A stretch of 64,000 bases of DNA from the human T2T-CHM13v2.0 reference genome, Homo sapiens: the NCBI RefSeq assembly GCF_009914755.1, contig NC_060927.1, one strand, 5' to 3'. The position numbers and the translations under genes are program-made. Positions 54,215 through 64,000 of the stretch are shown piece by piece (position 1 is the stretch's first letter; each line of letters begins with the position of its first letter). The notes under the pieces are model-generated. The model did no database searches. It saw nothing but the letters and a program-made list of their open reading frames with translations, and had not been told where the DNA came from.

Positions 54215-55170
54215 TCCAAAGGAACGCAGTTCCTCACCAGCAATGGAACAAAGCTGGATGGAGAATGACTTTGACGAGTTGAGAGAAGAAGGCTTCAGAC
54301 GATCAAACTACCGAGCTACAGGAGGAAATTCAAACCGAAGGCAAAGAAGATGAAAACTTTGAAAAAAATTTAGACAAATGTGTAACTAGAATAACCAATA
54401 TAGAGAAGTGCTTAAAGTAGCTGATGGAGCTGAAAGCCAAGGCTCGAGAACTATGTGAAGAATGCAGAAGCCTCAGGAGCTGATGCAATCAACTGGAAGA
54501 AAGGGTATCAGTGATGGAAGATGAAATGAATGAAATGAAGCGAGAAGGGAAGTTTAGAGAAAAAAGAATAAGAAGAAATGAACAAAGCCTCCAAGAAATA
54601 TGGGACTATGTGAAAAGACCAAATCTACGTCTGATTGCTGTACCTGAAAGTGACAGGGAGAATGGAACCAAGTTAGAAAACACTCTGCAGGATATTATCC
54701 AGGAGAACTTCCCCAATCTAGCAAGGCAGGCCAACATTCAGATTCAAGAAATATAGAGAATGCCACAAAGATACTCCTCGACAAGAGCAACTCCAAGACA
54801 CATAATTGTCAGATTCACCAAAGTTGAAATGAAGGAAAAAATGTTAAGGGCAGCCAGAGAGAAAGGTCGGCTTACCCACAAAGGGAAGCCCATCAGACTA
54901 ATAGCAGATCTCTTGGCAGAAACTCTACAAGCCAGAAGAGAGTGGGGGCCAATATTCAACATTCTTAAAGAAAAGAGTTTTCAACCCAGAATTTCATATC
55001 CAGCCAAACTAAGCTTCACAAATGAAGGAGAAATAAAATCCTTTACAGACAAGCAAATGCTGAGAGATTTTGTCACCACCAGGCCTGCCCTAAAAGAGCT
55101 CCTGAAGGAAGCACTAAACATGGAAAGGAACAACTGGTACCAGCCACTACAAAATTATGTCAAATTGTAA
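54215..55170 (+). pseudogene. L1 ORF1 remnant (start codon deleted, internal stops)
   Basis: ORFs 54511-54756 and 54760-55170 are ORF1p segments; stops at 54418, 54481, 54754. Confidence 0.95.
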
Positions 55171-55233
55171 AGACCATCGAGGCTAGGAAGAAACTGCATC
55201 AAGTAACGAGCAAAATAACGAGCTAACATCAAA

Positions 55234-57364
<2,131 letters not shown>

Positions 57365-58280
57365 ATTTCAGACAAAACAGACTTTAAACTGACAATGCTG
57401 GAAAAAGACAAAGAATGGTATTACATAAAGGTAAAAGGCTCAATTCAAGAAGAACATTTAACTATCTTAAATATATATGTACCCAATCCAGGAGCACTCA
57501 GATTCTAAAGCAATTTCTTAGAGAGCTACAAACAAACTTAGGTAACTACACAATAATAGTGGGAGACTTTAACACTCCACTGACAACATTAGATCATTGA
57601 GGCAGAAAATTAACAAAGATATTCAGGACCTGAACTCAACACTTGAGCAAATGGTCCTAATAGGCATCTATATAGAAGTCTTTATCCAAAACCGACAGAA
57701 TATCCATCCCATCTGTACATGACACATACTCTAAAATCAACCAACCAATAAGACATAAAACAATCATAAAACCAAGATTATACCACCCACTATCTTAGAC
57801 CATAGCACAATAAAAATAGGAATAAATATTAAGAAAATCGCTGAAAGTCATATGATTACATGGAAATTAAACAACATGTTCCTAAATGACTTTTGGGTAA
57901 ATAATGAAATCAAGGAAGATACCAAGAAATTCTTTTAAACTAATGAGAACAAAGATATAACATACCAGGATCTCTGGGACACACCTAAGGCAGTGATAAC
58001 AGGGAAGCTTGTACCACTAAATATCCACATCAAAAAGTTAGAAAGAGCTTAAAACAACAACCTAACATCACAATTGGAGGAACTAGAAAAACAAGAGCAA
58101 ACCAACCCCAAAACTAGCAGAAGGCAAGAAATAACCAAAATCAGAGCTAAACTGGAGGAAATTGAGACACAAAAAGTTATACAAAAGATGAACAAATCCA
58201 GGAGTTGGTCCTTTAAAAAAATTAATAAGATAATTAAGCTAGACTAATGAAGAAAAAAATCCAAAAAAAACACACTCAAA
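57365..58280 (+). mobile_element. Continuation of the older L1P (ORF2 endonuclease region)
   Basis: atttcagacaaaacagactttaaa...IIVGDFNTPL...gaacaaatccaggagttgg; more diverged than 53283-56979. Confidence 0.85.
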
Positions 58281-59003
58281 AGGACAGGGAATAATAGATT
58301 CTGGTGAGGATGGATGAAGGGAGCCCTGGTACACTGCTGATGGAAATGTAAATTAGTACAGCCACTATAGAGAATAGTATGGAGGTTCCCTAGAAAACTA
58401 AAAATAGAACTGCTATATTATCCAGCAATTCCACCACTGGGTATATACCTAAAAGAAAGAAAATCAAGAAAATCAATATTTCAAAGACATAATCTGCAAT
58501 CCCATATTTATTACAGCACACTATTCACAATAGCCAAAATACGGAATCAAGCTAAGTGCCCATCAGTACATGAGTGAATAAAGAAAATGTGATATATATA
58601 TATTTATATATATATTTATATATATACACACACACACAAATAATGGATTACTATTCAGCCAAGAAGATAATGAAACCATATCATTTGCAGAAACATGTAT
58701 GAAACTAGAGGCCATTAAAGTGAGATAAGCCAAGCACAGAAAGTCAAATGCCACATGATCTCAGTCATATGTGGGAGCCAAATAATAAGTGGGTCTCATG
58801 AATATAGGGAGAAAATTGGTTACGGAAAAAAATAATTGGTGATTATCACAGGCCAGAAAAGTGAAAAGGTAGGGAAGAGGTGGAAATAAAGAGAGGTTGA
58901 TTAACGGGTACAAATATACAGTTTGGTAGAAGAAATTAGAGCTAGTGTTTGACAGATTAATAGGATGAGTATAATCTATTGTATATTTCAAAATAACTAG
59001 AAG
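58281..59003 (+). mobile_element. L1MA 3' end
   Basis: ggaaatgtaaattagtacagccactat...gagaggttgattaacgggtacaaatatacagtt...tatatttcaaaataactagaaga. Confidence 0.85.
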
Positions 59004-60439
59004 ATATATATATATATATCACATTTTCTTTATTAGAGAGGTATATAACACCTATCAATATTTTTTTAAACAACTTGACAATAAATTATTTCAATTACGG
59101 TTTCAGGAGTAGACGAGTCCCTGTAGCTGTATAAAACGTAAACATCAAATTCATATAATTAAAAATTAATTCTATTCAACCATGTGAAATATGGCCACAA
59201 AACCAATTTTGAATAAAAACCTATACCATGTTAAAACACGAAGTGACTAGTACAGTCAGAATCTGAGGGGGAGGAGAAGTGAGAACATGTGAGAGTGAAA
59301 TATATTCATCTTTCATTTATAGTATTGATTGATGCCGCTAAAATTGAAACATGTAGTTTCATAAAAGAGACCCCAACTTCTTGATTTTTTTCTTCCTTCC
59401 CTAACCTAAAAGAGATTGTTTAGGGAACTATATCACTTGAGATGAAGACACATATTTAAAGTTGAGCAATTTCTTCATTTTCTTTTTGTCTAATAAAAAC
59501 CAGAAAATTAAGTTTGTGCTTATCATTTAAATGATTTTGGTAATATGATCCAATTTTAATAAAACATTTCCATTTCTCAATTTATCTATTTATATATACT
59601 TTAAAATATGACTGAAATCACATTCATCAAATGTTAATAAAGGTTATTTCTGAGTGATTGAATCTGGACTGATTTTTTTAACCTTTATATTTGCTAATTT
59701 ATGTATTGCTTAAATTCTTCATAAATAGTATACTAACTTTTTTTAACTGAATATAGAAGAATACTATTTTTTAAAGTGAAAGCACACATGTCAAGATTGT
59801 ATGTTTGTGTTACATTAGCTATATGGATTGTGTGGGGTCTTGTAATTTTTTTATAATTCTAAATGTTTTTAACTTTTGTTAAAAATAATACTAAGAGAAA
59901 AGATTCAATGCAAATGGCACAATTCCTCCCTCCCAGCAGGCTCTGTAGACTGACATGAGTGTCCGTTCTTTGAATACACTAGAAAATGATCCAAACAAGC
60001 AAAAAATGGATTTTGTTTAGGTTATAAAGAGGGAAGATTTACCTTATGGCACCTGATTGGTTCACAGAGAAGTGGTTCAGGAAGAAACTCACGAAGTGAA
60101 GTCACAGCCAGGATTCTGATGCTGCCACCACTGGATGCTAACCAGCATGCTGCCTGATTGTGGCCCCGTAACACTCACCATTGTGCTTTCATTTATACCA
60201 TGGCCATAATCTCTAATTGACCTGCAACTTTGGGTTACCCTTTGAAGATTCATATTCACGAGCGGAGCATGCAGGTAGTTGGGTTTTGGTTTTGTGCCCT
60301 GGCCTAGATGCAAAGGGGTGTGGATAGGAACCATCTTGCTACCTCTTATTTATTTTAGTATTTCTCCCAAAAAAAGAAGTGTCCAAATGACAGGCCTTAT
60401 AAGTTACATCTTTAAGAAAAGACAAAATGCCAACTATCC

Positions 60440-60595
60440 CAGGCCTTTTCAAATTTAATGTGCACAGGGATCAGCTGGGTATCTCATTACAATGCAGATT
60501 CAAATTCAGAAGGTCTGGGATGGGGCCTTAATTCTACATACCTAACAACCCCTCAGGTGATGCTGATGATAATGAAACACACTGAGTATCAGGGC
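60440..60595. mobile_element. MER5-type hAT MITE
   Basis: aatgcagattcaaattcagaaggtctgggatggggcct...ctaacaacccctcaggtgatgctgatg. Confidence 0.8.
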
Positions 60596-61399
60596 CCAGC
60601 ACTACTCTGTCTGCTTCACCGTACTTGGCATATTCTACTTTTTGTTATAATCTCTTTGTCCCCAGCACCCAGCACAGGAACTGGAAGAGCAGGTGCTCAA
60701 CTGTTGGCTGAACAACTGATTGAATGACTGATTGACTGAATTAATGACTCCTTATCAATGTTTAGGTCCAATATCAAGTTGTATTTTCCCTATAAAACTT
60801 TCTCTCATCTCCAAAGGTTTCTGAGTCATGAATAAAACTTCTTTCTCCAATTCCTATAGTACTTATCTTTTGACTATACAGCCATCAATAAATTATTATA
60901 TCTCATGTAGAAATACTTTGTTCCTTAACTAAATGTAAAATGTCATATAGCAACCAGCTGTGACTAAAAAATTTATTCCTACTGAGTTTGTGATAGACTA
61001 TGTTTATGTCTATACTCTGGTACTTCTGTGGAGTCTTGATTAAATTATTTAATCTTCAAGTCAGGTAGCACAGTAATGAATGATGTCAACTAATGATTTG
61101 ATGTTCCATTTTAGTAGATTCAACCTTTAATACTATTCATCTTTTTTAATGAGGTGCAAACAAACAGTACAGGTGTCCTCTTTTCACCTCCCAATTCTAT
61201 TTGCCCTGGCTCTCCTTCTTAACAGGTTATAACAGACAGTTAATCGATCAATGCGTGAAAGTAGTCAGGAGGAAGAAATAATTCTTGATTGTTTTCAACA
61301 TCCTAGTCATTAGCATTTTTGTTTCATAATTATATAGCATATTTTGTATTCAGATTTATTGGAAATCATAATTGATCTATGTAATAATGGGTGGGGGCT

Positions 61400-62390
61400 A
61401 GTAAATAAAGAATATAAAATACCTTAATTTAGATAAAATTCTGATTTTAGGACCCTTAAGCTTAGTTAATGTAAACATTTCTAATTTTTTTCTCTTCCAA
61501 ATTTCCTTTTTATATAGTTTCCAAATGCTCTTTTTAGAGAGCTTGTTTTTCTCTCCTTTCATGTCCAACTGCTTTTTGTTTTCCCAAATTCTCTTATTAG
61601 CTCTCATTCTGTTTTGGTGACCACCACTATACAAACGAAATGTATTATGTTTTCCAAACACTTTCTCAATGTCATATCCAAATGTTCATCTTTCACGTTT
61701 ATGCTGCTTGTCAATTTGATTAAGTTTACCTCCAGTATCTGTCCTCAAAACCCTCCTAAATTCAGCTTCTTGGTCGATAATTTCCTTGCTTTGGTTCTCA
61801 CTAATGATCTAACTAATCCTCTGATCTTTGTCTTTTCCACCTTATCTCTGCCACTAGAAATGGCCATTCTACAGATTGCTGAACCTTATATAAGATAACT
61901 TGTGAACCTGATATTTACTTCAAAAATTTCAATTACTTCTACTATCAAAAGAATGAATTAAACGCTTCTTTGTTTTGAATTCGAGACCTCTATGTTCTAA
62001 CCATATAGTACCTTTCTTGCTTTATAGCTATTAACCTTTCCTTAAATCAAAATTCCCATTTCTCATCTATTACCCATTCTGCGCTTTTGAAAGTTGAGTC
62101 ATTATTCAGTTCTCAACACTAATGCTCCCTCTTTCTTAAAGCATCTCCTAATTACAATAGCAGGAATTAAACTTTCATTTTTTTGTTCTCTCACATATTT
62201 TTTAACTTTTCATGTTATCCTACTACCAATGTTATTTTTACTCTGCATTATATTTAGTTATTTGCATGCAAGCCCTTCAGCAAGATCTTTGTCTAATCTT
62301 TTTATAACTCCCCAAAATACCTAGAATACTGTTTTGCAAATATTAAATACTATTTTTTTGTTGAAAAAATAGAATGAGTGAATTAAATTC
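61400..62390 (+). mobile_element. Highly decayed L2 fragment(s)
   Basis: Pyrimidine-rich L2-like tracts ending aaaatagaatgagtgaatt. Confidence 0.45.
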
Positions 62391-62580
62391 CTTTGACTGA
62401 TTTTTAAGACAGACTCATTGAATATGAATTATTTTAATATGACCTATATTGAAAATTCTGATTAAACTTATAATTTAGCTTCATGAAAGCTGAAAATTGG
62501 ATTTTCCATTAATTTCCTATTACTTAATTTCCCACGTAATTTTCTATTTAATCTATAGGCTACTTAGATGGGTTAGTACT

Positions 62581-62938
62581 TGTATTAGTCCGTTTTCACA
62601 TGGCTGTAAAGAAATACCCAAGACTGGGTAATTTATAAAGGAAAGAGATTTAAGTGACTCACAGTTTCACATGGCTGAAGAGGCCTCAGGAAACGTACAA
62701 TCATGGTGGAAGGTGAACGGGAAGCAATTATCTTCTTCACAAGGCAGAAGTGAGAGCACAGGACAAAAAAAAAAACCTACCACTTTAAAAACCATCAGAT
62801 CTCATGAGAATTCACTCACTCTCACGAGAACAGCATGGGGGAAACCGCCCCTATCATCCAATCACCTTCCTCCCTCAATACATGGGGCTTACAATTAGAG
62901 ACGAGATTTGGATGGGGACAGAGAGCTCACCAATATCC
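62581..62938 (-). mobile_element. THE1 (THE1C/D-like) solo LTR
   Basis: tgtattagtccgttttcaca...gagatttggatggggacaga; near-TSD GTAC(T/G). Confidence 0.92.
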
Positions 62939-62979
62939 GTACGTTCCTATTTATAGTAGACTATTGGCATAAAGACTGA

Positions 62980-63084
62980 AGGCATACAGTTATTCAGGTA
63001 AGAAGAATGATATAAATAAGTAAAAGTGGACAGGCATGCAGTTATTCAGATAAGAAGAATGATATAAATAAGTAAAAGTGGACA
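62980..63084. repeat. 52-bp tandem duplication
   Basis: aggcat(a/g)cagttattcag(g/a)taagaagaatgatataaataagtaaaagtggac x2. Confidence 0.96.
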
Positions 63085-63779
63085 AACACAAAAACTGTTA
63101 AGAAAAGATGAAATGCAGATTTAATTAAAATATGAAGAAAGATAGATTTATCCATAACGAACATGCAGGTAGTCAAGTTTGGCTTTGCTTGAACCTAGAC
63201 TTTATTCAGTGTAAAAAGTGCTTAGTTAACACTTGTCTGTGTCACAAACTTATGGATCCATGAGTTTAAATATTCTACCATGAACCGGCCAAGTGGATGT
63301 GACAGGAATGTTTTGGTTTGCTTTATATGGGCAAATATATGTAAATATCTTAATTCAAATCTTCCCTGCTATTAAGAAATTTCTTTCTGAATCATTTCAA
63401 CCCAATACACTTGATCAAAAGACCAAAACAACAGGCCTAGCTGTATCTACCAGACATGACAGGATACAGGTGTTTTTAGTTTTTTCCCATCAATTTTTGG
63501 AATATGGCTCTATTAAAGATTAAACACAAAAAAACATAAAAACAGACAATTTCAACATTGACCTTCAAAAAGTAGATTAAAATGAAACATTAGTATTCAT
63601 ATTATTTTGGTATATAATGGGCTACTGCAAGGATGACATGAGTTCTTGGTATTTACTGCTCTCCTCTTAAGGTTTTTTCTTGTACTCATCATAGAACTGA
63701 GGTCAAGAGGCAAACTGTCACCCCCATATCTGGAAAGATGGAAGCACCCAGAAAGATACAGCAGAAAGATCCGCTTAGC

Positions 63780-64000
63780 TGGAGCAGAAGGTGTTCCAGC
63801 CGAAGCTGCTTAAGCCATAAAATGGTAAGAACTCTTAAATAGTAATTTTGATGAATTGCTAAAGGCTGAGTGTGGAAGAGAATGAGACTGAGAAACTTCT
63901 AGGGGCTGCAGTCTTCAGAGAAGCTCTACACATTTGTGGATTTTCCCTCCAGGAACTCTACCAGGTTCTCCATAATAGTAAAGAAAAATCCTCTCATGGC
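63780..64000 (+). mobile_element. Old L1M 5' region, running off the window
   Basis: aattttgatgaattgctaaaggctgagtgtgga...ctccaggaactctaccaggttctc. Confidence 0.6.

Noticed and set aside
60080-60335. Minus-strand exon(s) suggested by two GTGAGT donors (60092, 60178)
   Set aside because: No adequate polypyrimidine acceptor or recognisable peptide; remains only a possible unique/regulatory tract

Overview
AT-rich human non-genic (intergenic or deep intronic) DNA. A near-consensus AluYb8 at 15135-15459 fixes the species, because that subfamily is human-specific. I find no credible cellular protein-coding exon, RNA gene or CpG island. The recognisable ORFs derive from repeats, chiefly decayed LINE-1 ORF0/ORF1/ORF2; the rest are short chance frames. 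More than half the window is transposon-derived: Alu, L1, L2, MIR, CR1, MaLR/ERV solo LTRs and hAT/TcMar DNA elements. The notable content is structural. (1) A multi-layer nested insertion stack at 26.5-39.8 kb: L2 > MER31 > L1M > six further inserts. It carries a possible ancient 3' transduction at one junction and, at the other, a 73-bp copy of sequence 22 kb upstream. (2) A local template-switch scar at 36.75-37.29 kb that makes a ~190-bp, ~95%-identical inverted repeat. (3) A non-canonical composite of four L1 age classes at 50.9-59.0 kb, with a 3'-truncated, TSD-less L1PA3/4 and an inverted fragment of a different L1. (4) A very young, possibly polymorphic AluYb8. I do not see a new gene system. 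Repeat subfamily names come from my recall of consensus sequences and need RepeatMasker/Dfam confirmation; boundaries of old repeats are approximate.
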